This document shows, piece after piece, positions 1-8,163 of a DNA stretch of 38,331 bases. The stretch comes from a virus. The position numbers and the translations under genes were made by a program. The notes under the pieces are model-generated. The model was not told the origin of the DNA, did not search any database, and worked only from the letters and a program-made list of their open reading frames with translations. Position 1 is the stretch's first letter; each line of letters begins with the position of its first letter. The stretch lies in the IMG/VR virus record IMGVR_UViG_3300028829_002503, one strand, 5' to 3'.

Positions 1-1
1 C

Positions 2-715
2 AACGAAATCGAAGAAGGCAAACTTCCTCCTGGATTACAAGCATATCAGGATAAGAAAAATGGCAAAAAATCTGACAAAGAAGAAACAGATGAGTCAATT
101 GAAGAATCAAAGCCAGACTTTTTAGATTTAGATAAAGATGGCGACAAAGAAGAGTCAATGAAAAAAGCCGCTAAAGATAAAAAAGAAAAAGCCGATGAGT
201 CAGTTGAAGAAGTTAACGAGGGAACTGACGGTTGTGCTGATTGTGAATGGATAAAAGACGAAACAGACGGCGATATTGATACATGTGATGAATGTGCGGC
301 AGAAAAGAATGAATCTGTTGTTACTGAAGATGAATCAGTATGGAATCAATTCAAAGAACTACATGATAAAATGGATCCAGAATCTGAAGATAGAATCTTT
401 TTTAGTCTAAAAAATCACCCAAAACATCGTTTTGAATTACATGGTGATATTGATGGGAAAGATACTAAATCAGGTAAAGTAAACGTAGGTGTATTTCTTG
501 CCAGCAAAGAGGACGATGGTGACGATTTTCTTCAAAATATGTCTATCTCACAAGATGAGATTAAAGCAAATATTACCGGAGCGGGATGGGTAGGATCGGA
601 TCCTGCTAAAGGCGAACTAAAAGGAACGGCTGGAGATTATAAAGAGTTCGGTGATGTTATACCAGAGCCAAGAGATGAAGACCAAGACAGACTTAAAAAA
701 TTGGCAGGTATCTAA
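2..715 (+). CDS. 5'-truncated acidic probable virion/internal head protein
   Basis: Frame is open from the window start (NEIEEGKLPPGLQAY...KPDFLDLDKDGDKEESMKKAAKD...) to TAA at 715. Very acidic, with many xxE motifs, a CxxC..CxxC segment and a C-terminal RLKKLAGI. Confidence 0.7.
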   Translation, partial: NEIEEGKLPPGLQAYQDKKNGKKSDKEETDESIEESKPDFLDLDKDGDKEESMKKAAKDKKEKADESVEEVNEGTDGCADCEWIKDETDGDIDTCDECAAEKNESVVTEDESVWNQFKELHDKMDPESEDRIFFSLKNHPKHRFELHGDIDGKDTKSGKVNVGVFLASKEDDGDDFLQNMSISQDEIKANITGAGWVGSDPAKGELKGTAGDYKEFGDVIPEPRDEDQDRLKKLAGI

Positions 716-739
716 TAATTAACTAATAACAAAAGATTT

Positions 740-841
740 ATGGAAACTAAATTAGTTTTATGGATAACTGCTTGTATGGCATTTATGCTCAGTTTTATGT
801 ACATGGCAGTAACTTTTATAGGTAGTTTTATTCAATATTAA
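740..841 (+). CDS. 33-aa single-pass membrane peptide (not in ORF track)
   Basis: METKLVLWITACMAFMLSFMYMAVTFIGSFIQY*. Uniformly hydrophobic and fills the gap before the terminator; no clear SD. Confidence 0.5.
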   Translation: METKLVLWITACMAFMLSFMYMAVTFIGSFIQY

Positions 842-852
842 ATTTTAAATAA

Positions 853-880
853 AGAAAGTCTCCTTAGTGAGACTTTTTTT
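853..880. terminator. Intrinsic terminator, probably bidirectional
   Basis: AAAGTCTC-CTTAGT-GAGACTTT followed by a T-run, between convergent + genes and the - strand tRNA. Confidence 0.8.
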
Positions 881-957
881 TGGCCTGCCCGACAAGATTC
901 GAACTTGTGACCTTTGGTTCCGCAAACCAATGTTCTATCCAACTGAACTACGGGCAG
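881..957 (-). tRNA. tRNA-Arg(GCG)
   Basis: Reverse complement folds as CTGCCCG/CGGGCAG acceptor, GTTC-AGTTGGATA-GAAC D arm, TTGGT-TTGCGGA-ACCAA anticodon arm and ACAAG-TTCGAAT-CTTGT T arm, with discriminator G and encoded CCA. Confidence 0.95.
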
Positions 958-963
958 TTGTTA

Positions 964-993
964 ATACTATACATTATTTTGGATTTTTGTCAA
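964..993 (-). promoter_or_regulatory. sigma70-type promoter for the tRNA
   Basis: Minus strand TTGACA-N16-TATAGT (or N18-TAGTAT), ending a few nt upstream of the tRNA 5' end. Confidence 0.75.
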
Positions 994-994
994 T

Positions 995-1022
995 AAAAAA
1001 ACCCGACATAAAGCCGGGTTTT
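995..1022 (-). terminator. Intrinsic terminator of the 1047-1340 gene
   Basis: Minus strand ACCCGGC-TTTAT-GTCGGGT followed by a T-run. Confidence 0.75.
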
Positions 1023-1046
1023 CTAAATATCAGAGTTGATTATCAA

Positions 1047-1340
1047 TTAATATGCATACGTTCCGTCATTGTTTCTAACAGTTGTTGATGCAGTATCAGT
1101 AATTGAACCGAAGTCTTGTGCATCAATTCTAGTACCAGTAACTAAACCCAGTGAAGTGTAACCACGAGTTCTTCCTGTTGAACCTAACTCCGCAGAACTA
1201 TGTCCTGCACCTCTAGTTGGTAAATCATCACCACTGTCTGTTATAACTCCAAAGTCATCCATCTCTCTTAAATCGATAGTACGTCTAACTTTGACCTTAC
1301 GCATTCCAGCGATTGCTCTTAAACCTCTATATCTTGCCAT
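1047..1340 (-). CDS. Hypothetical late protein with basic N-terminus and DFGxITD repeats
   Basis: ATG at 1340 has a GGGAG SD (MARYRGLRAIAGMRKVKVRR...). Contains DFGVITD, SLGLVTG and DFGSITD repeats. GATAAATA upstream on the - strand. Confidence 0.75.
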   Translation of the reverse strand: MARYRGLRAIAGMRKVKVRRTIDLREMDDFGVITDSGDDLPTRGAGHSSAELGSTGRTRGYTSLGLVTGTRIDAQDFGSITDTASTTVRNNDGTYAY

Positions 1341-1394
1341 TTTTATTTCTCCCATGTGATTGATGTTGAAGTGGGAATCTCCAATCATCAATAG

Positions 1395-1441
1395 TATTTA
1401 TCGAATATCACAGATTATTAAGTTCTAACCAATGATAAATA
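1395..1441. promoter_or_regulatory. Divergent pair of late-type promoters
   Basis: GATAAATA on - (1395-1402) and GATAAATA on + (1434-1441, upstream of the terminase). Confidence 0.7.
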
Positions 1442-1465
1442 CTATTATAATTAAGTGAGTATTTA

Positions 1466-3028
1466 ATGGCAGATTTAACTAAAAAACCATATCAAAAAAC
1501 CCAATTTAGTAATACACAATTGTTAGAATTTAGCAAGTGTATGAATGACCCGTTCTATTTTCTGAATAAGTATTTTATGATTCAGCATCCAACACAAGGT
1601 CAAATATTATATAAGGCATATCCGTATCAGCACGATTTAGCAAAGTCTTATCATAACTATAGATTTTCTATATCTATGTTGGGTAGACAGATGGGTAAAT
1701 CAACTACAGCGGCTGGTTATCTATTATGGTATGCAATGTTCAATCCAGACCAAACAGTTCTGATAGCGGCACACAAATATTCTGGTGCCCAAGAGATTAT
1801 GCACAGAATTAGATATGCATATGAGATGTGTCCAGATTTCATTCGTGCAGGTGTAACAAACTATAACAAAGGTAGTATTGAGTTCGATAATGGTTCACGT
1901 ATTATTGCTCAAGCAACAACTGAAAACACTGGTCGTGGTCTTTCAATCTCGTTACTATACGCAGATGAGTTTGCGTTTGTGCGACCAACAATAGCAAAAG
2001 AATTTTGGACTTCTATATCTCCAACACTAGCAACAGGTGGTAAAGCAATTATCACATCAACACCAAACTTAGATGATGACCAATTTGCAATCATTTGGGC
2101 AGGTGCTAATAAACAATTAGATGATTATGGAAATGAAACAGATGTAGGTATAAATGGCTTTAAACCATATAAAGCATTATGGCATCAACATCCAGATAGA
2201 GATAAACAGTGGTCAGTTGAAGAAGAAGCACGTGTTGGTAAAGAACGTTTCTTAAGAGAACACGAATGTCAATTTATTGCTTACGATGAAACTCTAGTAA
2301 ACAGTTTGAAGTTGTCAGGAATTAAAGGTATTGAACCAAAATTACGTACAGGACAAATTCGTTGGTTTGAAGATATTAATAAAGAGTCTACTTATGTTGT
2401 TGGACTCGACCCATCTATGGGAACAGGTGGTGATAATGCCGCTATTCAAGTGTGGGCATTACCAGAACTCACACAAGTTGCAGAATGGCAGAATAACAGA
2501 ACAGATGTGAGAGGACAAGTACAGACAATGCATACTGTTCTCACTATCATTAAAGATGAATTGGCAGAACTAGGTAATACTCAACCCGATTTATATTGGT
2601 CAGTAGAGAACAACTCATTAGGAGAAGCCGCTCTTATAGTCATTGAAGAGATGGAAGAAGATAGATTTCCTGGGACATTCTTACACGAACCGAAGAAAAA
2701 AGGCAGACAGAGGGCATCCAGAAAAGGATTTACTACAACTTATAAGACAAAAATTACGGCTTGTATGAAGATGAAATCTTGGATTGAAAGTGATAAGATG
2801 GTTCCTATGAGTAAAAACTTAATACGAGAACTCAAAACTTTCATAGCAAAAGGTAAAAGTTACGAGGCAAAGTCTGGAGAAACAGACGATTTGGTGTCAG
2901 CAACCCTATTATGTGTGAGACAGATACAGTTTATATCAAGATTCGAAGAAGGATATGAAGAAATGCTTGGTGAGAGGTTAGATGACGCAGATAGCGATTA
3001 TTCCGATCCTCTACCTATCATATTTTGA
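1466..3028 (+). CDS. terL: Terminase large subunit (T4 gp17-like)
   Basis: Walker A GRQMGKS, Walker B LLYADEFAF, coupling motif ITSTPN, and RNase H-like nuclease motifs VGLDPSMGTGGD and TDDLV. Confidence 0.95.
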   Translation: MADLTKKPYQKTQFSNTQLLEFSKCMNDPFYFLNKYFMIQHPTQGQILYKAYPYQHDLAKSYHNYRFSISMLGRQMGKSTTAAGYLLWYAMFNPDQTVLIAAHKYSGAQEIMHRIRYAYEMCPDFIRAGVTNYNKGSIEFDNGSRIIAQATTENTGRGLSISLLYADEFAFVRPTIAKEFWTSISPTLATGGKAIITSTPNLDDDQFAIIWAGANKQLDDYGNETDVGINGFKPYKALWHQHPDRDKQWSVEEEARVGKERFLREHECQFIAYDETLVNSLKLSGIKGIEPKLRTGQIRWFEDINKESTYVVGLDPSMGTGGDNAAIQVWALPELTQVAEWQNNRTDVRGQVQTMHTVLTIIKDELAELGNTQPDLYWSVENNSLGEAALIVIEEMEEDRFPGTFLHEPKKKGRQRASRKGFTTTYKTKITACMKMKSWIESDKMVPMSKNLIRELKTFIAKGKSYEAKSGETDDLVSATLLCVRQIQFISRFEEGYEEMLGERLDDADSDYSDPLPIIF

Positions 3029-3034
3029 TAAATA
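3027..3034 (+). promoter_or_regulatory. Late-type promoter GATAAATA
   Basis: Overlaps the terL stop codon and lies 25 nt before the ATG at 3060. Confidence 0.65.
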
Positions 3035-3059
3035 CATTAAACAGTTTGGAATATTAAAT

Positions 3060-5018
3060 ATGGCAATAAATTTAAACGATATCGCAAATAAGACTATGAA
3101 GTTGTTTCAAGGTAATGGACATCAAATGAAAATGTTCGATGCAGATAGTGGCAAGAGTGTTGCTACTCCTGAGGAAGCACGTTTCTTCTATGTCAAAGAA
3201 CCAAATATGATGGTTCATATTGACGATAGCACTAAGGAATTAAAGTTTCATATCGGTGAAGATATTGACATAGATAATGAACAAATAGATAATATGATGA
3301 AGCAGTTGAAGTCTTTAGCACGTACTAATATGCTAGATTTTGATATTCGTTCATTCGGAAAACATATAGAACCTAAAAACTATGCATATAAGGTTAAACA
3401 AAATAAGGAGCAAACCATGACAGACCACGTCAATGAAGGCATGGGCCCATTGTCTGGGTCATCACGCACTAGCCGACAAACATTAGAAAATGTAAAACTA
3501 ATCTTAAAACATCGTGCGCCAGTAAACGAAGAATCTCGTGGTTCTCGTTCACGCAACATTTCAGCAATCTTTGTTGAAACAGCAGAAGGCGAACGTTTCA
3601 AATATCCATTTATTCACTTAAATGGCGCAAGAGCAATGGCAAGACACATTGCATCAGGTGGTGAAACACACGATATGGTAGGTGAAGCAATTATTGAAAT
3701 GTCTGATAACTTATCTAGGCTAAAGGAATTTATGAATGTTGTGAACAAACAACAATTAGTAAATGAAACGAATCGTGCTGATGTTTGGAATGTTAAACGC
3801 AATGTGATGGCTATCAAAGAAAAGATACAAAGAATTCAAGGTGCAAAAGGTTATGCTAGTTTCGTAGAAGACATGGCTCTTAACGGTGTTAAAAAACAAC
3901 AAGAAATGTCAGAAGAAATGGTAGATGCATATGTAAAGAAATTTACAAAGTCTACATTTGAAGAAAATCTAAAAGACATTTTTCCATTACTACACAAAGT
4001 TAACGAAGAAGAATTTGAAAATCGTAGAGATGGTCAGACTGACAGAATTAAAGAGATAATGACTCAAACAGTTAAGAAGACTGGCGAGAGAGTTAACAAG
4101 ATTAGTTTTGGTCCACCAAGTTCTGAGAATTATGACTACTCAAAAATTAAAAATCAATTTGCTGAACCACGTACTCCAGAAGAAGCGGCTCAACTTAAGA
4201 TTAATAAGATAGCGATGTCATTTGATGACCTTGCTGATAGAGTTGTAGTAGATACATTACTAGATAAGAAAGGCAAAAAGAAAGGTCACGATTTAGCGGC
4301 TGAAGTTTCTTTTTTCTTAACTGATATCGCAGATGCAGTTCGTTCAAATCCAAGAGGCATTTCTAAAGAAGATATGCAAGTAGCAGGTGCTTTAATGAAG
4401 TTATCTAAATCAAAAGTAGAAACTGTTAAGCCAAAATCAGCAGATACTAGAATTTCAGAAATGCTAGAAGAAGCATTCTCAAAATTCGACCCAGACAGAA
4501 GGCTTCTTAAAGAAGACGAAAAAGAGGATGCCGAAGAAAAAGAACGTAGAATAGAAGATGATAAATGGCGTAAAAAAGCAGATAATGACCCATCACTTCA
4601 GAATTTTAAGCCAATAAACGGAAGTGCTGATTGGGCAAAATCAGTTACAGATGGAACACGTAAAATGATGAAATATTTGATAGATAATGGTTTGGAGGAG
4701 CAAGGCTCCTTGAAGAGTCCATATACTGCGGCAAATTACCTGGATGAATTTAAAAGACACATTGATGAAGCCTTCACCAGCCAAGGAACACCAGTACCAG
4801 AAGCCATCGCTAACATATTTAATAAGTTATTAGCATATTCTAAAAACTGGCCACTTCAAATGAAAAACAGAAAAATAGATGGCAGAAATATGTGGTCCCA
4901 TATGCAGGCGGCAGACAACGGAGATGAAGAGTATATTGCTCAATTTATTTACCCAATGCGAGATGCCTTTGTTGATGCGGGAGAAGAACTTGGTATATAT
5001 ATGGATGACTGGAATTAA
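3060..5018 (+). CDS. Large hypothetical, probable virion protein
   Basis: Long ORF. Start moved to ATG 3060 (MAINLND...), downstream of the terL stop and the late motif. Contains multiple xxE motifs. Confidence 0.75.
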   Translation: MAINLNDIANKTMKLFQGNGHQMKMFDADSGKSVATPEEARFFYVKEPNMMVHIDDSTKELKFHIGEDIDIDNEQIDNMMKQLKSLARTNMLDFDIRSFGKHIEPKNYAYKVKQNKEQTMTDHVNEGMGPLSGSSRTSRQTLENVKLILKHRAPVNEESRGSRSRNISAIFVETAEGERFKYPFIHLNGARAMARHIASGGETHDMVGEAIIEMSDNLSRLKEFMNVVNKQQLVNETNRADVWNVKRNVMAIKEKIQRIQGAKGYASFVEDMALNGVKKQQEMSEEMVDAYVKKFTKSTFEENLKDIFPLLHKVNEEEFENRRDGQTDRIKEIMTQTVKKTGERVNKISFGPPSSENYDYSKIKNQFAEPRTPEEAAQLKINKIAMSFDDLADRVVVDTLLDKKGKKKGHDLAAEVSFFLTDIADAVRSNPRGISKEDMQVAGALMKLSKSKVETVKPKSADTRISEMLEEAFSKFDPDRRLLKEDEKEDAEEKERRIEDDKWRKKADNDPSLQNFKPINGSADWAKSVTDGTRKMMKYLIDNGLEEQGSLKSPYTAANYLDEFKRHIDEAFTSQGTPVPEAIANIFNKLLAYSKNWPLQMKNRKIDGRNMWSHMQAADNGDEEYIAQFIYPMRDAFVDAGEELGIYMDDWN

Positions 5019-5036
5019 ATTAAGTAATTTTTTTAC

Positions 5037-5066
5037 TTGACATTCACTGTCAATCTATGCTATAAT
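5037..5066 (+). promoter_or_regulatory. sigma70-type promoter with inverted repeat over the -35
   Basis: TTGACA-N18-TATAAT with TG-N extension; TTGACA-TTCAC-TGTCAA palindrome. Confidence 0.55.
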
Positions 5067-5067
5067 C

Positions 5068-5096
5068 AAAGAGAGTGTTAAAACTCTCTTTTTTTA
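5068..5096 (+). terminator. Intrinsic terminator
   Basis: AAAGAGAG-TGTTAAAA-CTCTCTTT followed by a T-run. Confidence 0.75.
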
Positions 5097-5133
5097 TGCT
5101 TCCAAAAAACATTCAAAAAGACTGATTTAATGC

Positions 5134-5162
5134 TTGACTTTAGGAATAAAGATAAGTATAAT
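5134..5162 (+). promoter_or_regulatory. sigma70-type promoter for the SSB gene
   Basis: TTGACT-N17-TATAAT. Confidence 0.75.
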
Positions 5163-5194
5163 AGTATCATTAGTAGAAATATGTATGGTACATA

Positions 5195-5250
5195 AAAACT
5201 AATATAAAACTAATAGTAAGAAAACAACTAATAAAGGCTAATATAGGAGA
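5195..5250 (+). repeat. 4x CTAATA repeats in the SSB leader (candidate translational operator)
   Basis: CTAATA at 5199, 5210, 5228 and 5238 in an A-rich stretch directly before the AGGAG SD. Confidence 0.6.
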
Positions 5251-5256
5251 ATATAA

Positions 5257-6252
5257 ATGGCTACACTAGCAGAAATCCGTGCGAAATTACTTGCACAAGA
5301 CAGTAAAGCATCAGACAATGCTTCCTCAAACAGAGGAACAGATGCAGTATATCCTTTCTGGAATATGGAAAACGACAATACATCAGTATTGAGATTTCTT
5401 CCAGACTCAGACCCCACTAACACATTCTTTTGGAAAGAACGTCAAGTTATCAAACTTCCGTTCCCTGGTGTTAAAGGCGGTGACGAAACTAAACGAGTAA
5501 TCGTTCAAGTACCTTGCGTTGAAATGTGGGGCGAATCATGCCCAGTTCACGCAGAGATACGACCATGGTTTAAAGACCCAGCAATGGAAGACCTAGGTCG
5601 TACATATTGGAAAAAACGTTCATACGTTTTCCAAGGTTTGGTTGTAAATGACCCTATCGGTGGTGAACAACCAGAAAATCCAATTCGTAGATTTATCATT
5701 GGACCACAAATCTTCAAGTTATTGAAGGCGGCTCTAATGGACCCAGACATGGATAATCTACCAACGGATTATGAACAAGGTACTGATTTCCGTCTTACTA
5801 AGACAACTAAAGGTCAGTATGCTGACTATTCAACTTCATCTTGGTCACGTAAAGAACGTTCACTAAATGAAGAAGAACGTCAAGCAATTGAAACTCATGG
5901 TCTTTTCGACTTGAATGAGTTTATGCCAAAACGTCCAACTGAGGATGACATGCGAGTAATCATGGAGATGTTCGAAGCATCTGTTGATGGTGAATTGTAT
6001 GACCCGACTCGTTGGGGACAGCACTATAAACCTTATGGGTTAGATGTTCCAGCAGGAACTTCTGCACCAACTCCAACTCCATCTGCTCCAAAAGTAGAAG
6101 AAGTTAAAGAAGTTGCACCAGCAGAAACAACACCTGTTGCTGAAACATCAGCACCAACTCCGACTCCAGCACCAGCCGAAACAACTGCTGATGCACCGAA
6201 GTCAGATGCGGCAGATATCTTAGCAATGATTCGTAGTAGAAAAACTGACTAA
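5257..6252 (+). CDS. Single-stranded DNA-binding protein (T4 gp32-like)
   Basis: LRFLPD, CVEMWGESCPVH zinc motif, YWKKRSY, IIGPQIFK and YADYSTS motifs; located before uvsX. Confidence 0.9.
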   Translation: MATLAEIRAKLLAQDSKASDNASSNRGTDAVYPFWNMENDNTSVLRFLPDSDPTNTFFWKERQVIKLPFPGVKGGDETKRVIVQVPCVEMWGESCPVHAEIRPWFKDPAMEDLGRTYWKKRSYVFQGLVVNDPIGGEQPENPIRRFIIGPQIFKLLKAALMDPDMDNLPTDYEQGTDFRLTKTTKGQYADYSTSSWSRKERSLNEEERQAIETHGLFDLNEFMPKRPTEDDMRVIMEMFEASVDGELYDPTRWGQHYKPYGLDVPAGTSAPTPTPSAPKVEEVKEVAPAETTPVAETSAPTPTPAPAETTADAPKSDAADILAMIRSRKTD

Positions 6253-6264
6253 GAACCAATAATT

Positions 6265-6299
6265 GAGTGTGGGGAGTATAATACTCCCCTACTCTTTTT
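6265..6299 (+). terminator. Intrinsic terminator
   Basis: GAGT.GGGGAGTA-TAA-TACTCCCC.ACTC followed by TTTTT. Confidence 0.8.
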
Positions 6300-6322
6300 A
6301 TATCAAACATAAGGAGAATTAT

Positions 6323-7393
6323 ATGGCACGAGCCTTTGATGCGAGTAAGTTTCGCAAAAATATAACAAAATCTGTTCCTGGTATGAGCGTTGGTTTTAGA
6401 GACCCAGATACTTGGATTTCAACAGGAAATTATACATTAAATAAACTTATCAGTAACGACTTCCATAAAGGAATTCCACTAGGTAAGGTAACAGTCTTTG
6501 CAGGTGAAAGTGGTGCGGGTAAATCATTTGTTGCCGCCGGTAACGTAGTTAAGAATGCACAAGACCAAGGAATTTTTGTAGTCTTAATCGATAGTGAAAA
6601 TGCACTAGATGAAAGTTGGCTACATGCACTTAACGTAGATACAACACCAGAAAAGTTGCTAAAATTAAATGTAGCAATGATTGATGATGTTGCAAAAATC
6701 GTTTCAGACTTTATGAAAGGTTATAAAGACGACCATGCAGATACACCAGATGATGAACGTCCTAAAGTGTTATTTGTTATTGATAGTCTTGGAATGATGA
6801 TGACCCCAACCGATGTTGACCAGTTTAATCGTGGTGACATGAAAGGTGATATGGGTCGTAAACCAAAAGCCTTAGCGGCACTAGTAAGAAATAGTGTGAA
6901 TATGTTTGGTGATTATAATGTAGGACTAGTTGCTACAAATCACACATATGCATCACAAGATATGTTTGACCCAGACGATAAAATCTCAGGTGGTCAAGGG
7001 TTTATCTATGCTAGTTCTATCGTTGTCGCAATGCGTAAACTTAAACTAAAAGTAGATGCAGATGGCAACAAAACTTCACAAGTACACGGTATTCGTGCGG
7101 CTTGTAAAGTGATGAAGACAAGATATTCAAAACCATTCGAAAGTGTACAAGTTGAAATTCCATATGAAACTGGTATGAGTCCGTATAGTGGTCTTGTTGA
7201 GTTTTTCGAAGCAAAGGGTTTACTTATTAAGCAAGGAAATCGTTTGAAGTATGTAACAAAAGCAGGTGAAGAAATGATTGAGTTCCGTAAGAACTGGACA
7301 GATGAAAAACTTGACATTGTTATGAACGACTGGAATAATGAAGACATAGCAGATGTGCCTGAGTTGGAAAACGTTGAGTCAGAAGAAGCATAA
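6323..7393 (+). CDS. uvsX: RecA-like recombinase
   Basis: Walker A GESGAGKS, IDSENALD, VIDSLG and GGQGFIYASS motifs; AAGGAG SD before ATG 6323. Confidence 0.93.
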   Translation: MARAFDASKFRKNITKSVPGMSVGFRDPDTWISTGNYTLNKLISNDFHKGIPLGKVTVFAGESGAGKSFVAAGNVVKNAQDQGIFVVLIDSENALDESWLHALNVDTTPEKLLKLNVAMIDDVAKIVSDFMKGYKDDHADTPDDERPKVLFVIDSLGMMMTPTDVDQFNRGDMKGDMGRKPKALAALVRNSVNMFGDYNVGLVATNHTYASQDMFDPDDKISGGQGFIYASSIVVAMRKLKLKVDADGNKTSQVHGIRAACKVMKTRYSKPFESVQVEIPYETGMSPYSGLVEFFEAKGLLIKQGNRLKYVTKAGEEMIEFRKNWTDEKLDIVMNDWNNEDIADVPELENVESEEA

Positions 7394-7397
7394 AATC

Positions 7398-7423
7398 AAG
7401 CAATCTGTATAAATAGATTGCTT
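7398..7423 (+). promoter_or_regulatory. TATAAATA late-type element inside an inverted repeat
   Basis: AAGCAATCT-GTATAAAT-AGATTGCTT. Confidence 0.55.
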
Positions 7424-7455
7424 ACAGTAACAAGACAAAACTAAGAGGAGTCAAC

Positions 7456-7686
7456 TTGGAATCAGAATCACTATATGAATTGTGGGAAACTTTAGTGAAC
7501 TACATACCTGGCAAAGATAAAATAGAAGCAGGTGAAATGTTCATAAAACAATGCGATGATTTGGGAATGAGTAGCGAAGACATTGAATTATTAATAGATG
7601 GAGACAAAATCCTTGAAGTTGCGTTAGATAGATACTTCGCAGATGATTTACTTGAAGATAATGATGAAGACGATGATTGGAACTAA
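7456..7686 (+). CDS. Small acidic hypothetical protein
   Basis: TTG start with GAGGAG SD; stop overlaps the uvsY start (TAATG). Confidence 0.75.
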   Translation: MESESLYELWETLVNYIPGKDKIEAGEMFIKQCDDLGMSSEDIELLIDGDKILEVALDRYFADDLLEDNDEDDDWN

Positions 7687-8150
7687 TGAACTGGTATAGC
7701 AACATAGTAAAAGACTGGAGTAAAATCCCGAACTGTATTCAATTTTTTGAAAGTGAGTTACTGGACGCCAGAAAAGAAGTAAAAATTAAAGGCAATGTTG
7801 AAAAGAATTCAACACAACTTCCTGCGTTTGTTGAATTACGATTTGCTCAATTACAAGAGATAGAGGCAATATTAGAGCATCTAAACATACACTTGCGTAA
7901 GAAGAGAAGTTCATATCTAAGAAAATACTTAGAGAATTATAATAAAGTTTTGAGCAGTAGAGATGCAGAGAAGTATGCAGATGGTGAAGATGAAATTGTT
8001 GCGATTGGTGAACTTATAAACCAAGTAGCACTTGTTAGAAATCAATACTTAGGCATAACAAAGGGTTTCGAAATTAAACACTTTCAACTGTCTAACATAA
8101 TTAAGTTACGTGTGGCAGGCATGGAAGACGCAGAGATTAACACATATTAG
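7686..8150 (+). CDS. uvsY: Recombination mediator, UvsY-like
   Basis: Helical ~154-aa protein near uvsX, with the YLENYNKVLSSRDAEKYADGE...KHFQLSNIIKLRVAG pattern. Confidence 0.75.
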   Translation: MNWYSNIVKDWSKIPNCIQFFESELLDARKEVKIKGNVEKNSTQLPAFVELRFAQLQEIEAILEHLNIHLRKKRSSYLRKYLENYNKVLSSRDAEKYADGEDEIVAIGELINQVALVRNQYLGITKGFEIKHFQLSNIIKLRVAGMEDAEINTY

Positions 8151-8163
8151 GGTAGAGGAAATA

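Noticed and set aside
867-1088. 73-aa + strand ORF
   Set aside because: It is the antisense shadow of the tRNA, its promoter and a terminator.
2982-3059. Upstream start extensions in the ORF track (also 6263, 8110, 10335, 12906, 13626, 18615, 22042, 22946, 26568)
   Set aside because: They overlap upstream genes, promoters or terminators; downstream ATGs have better SD, coupling or promoter context.
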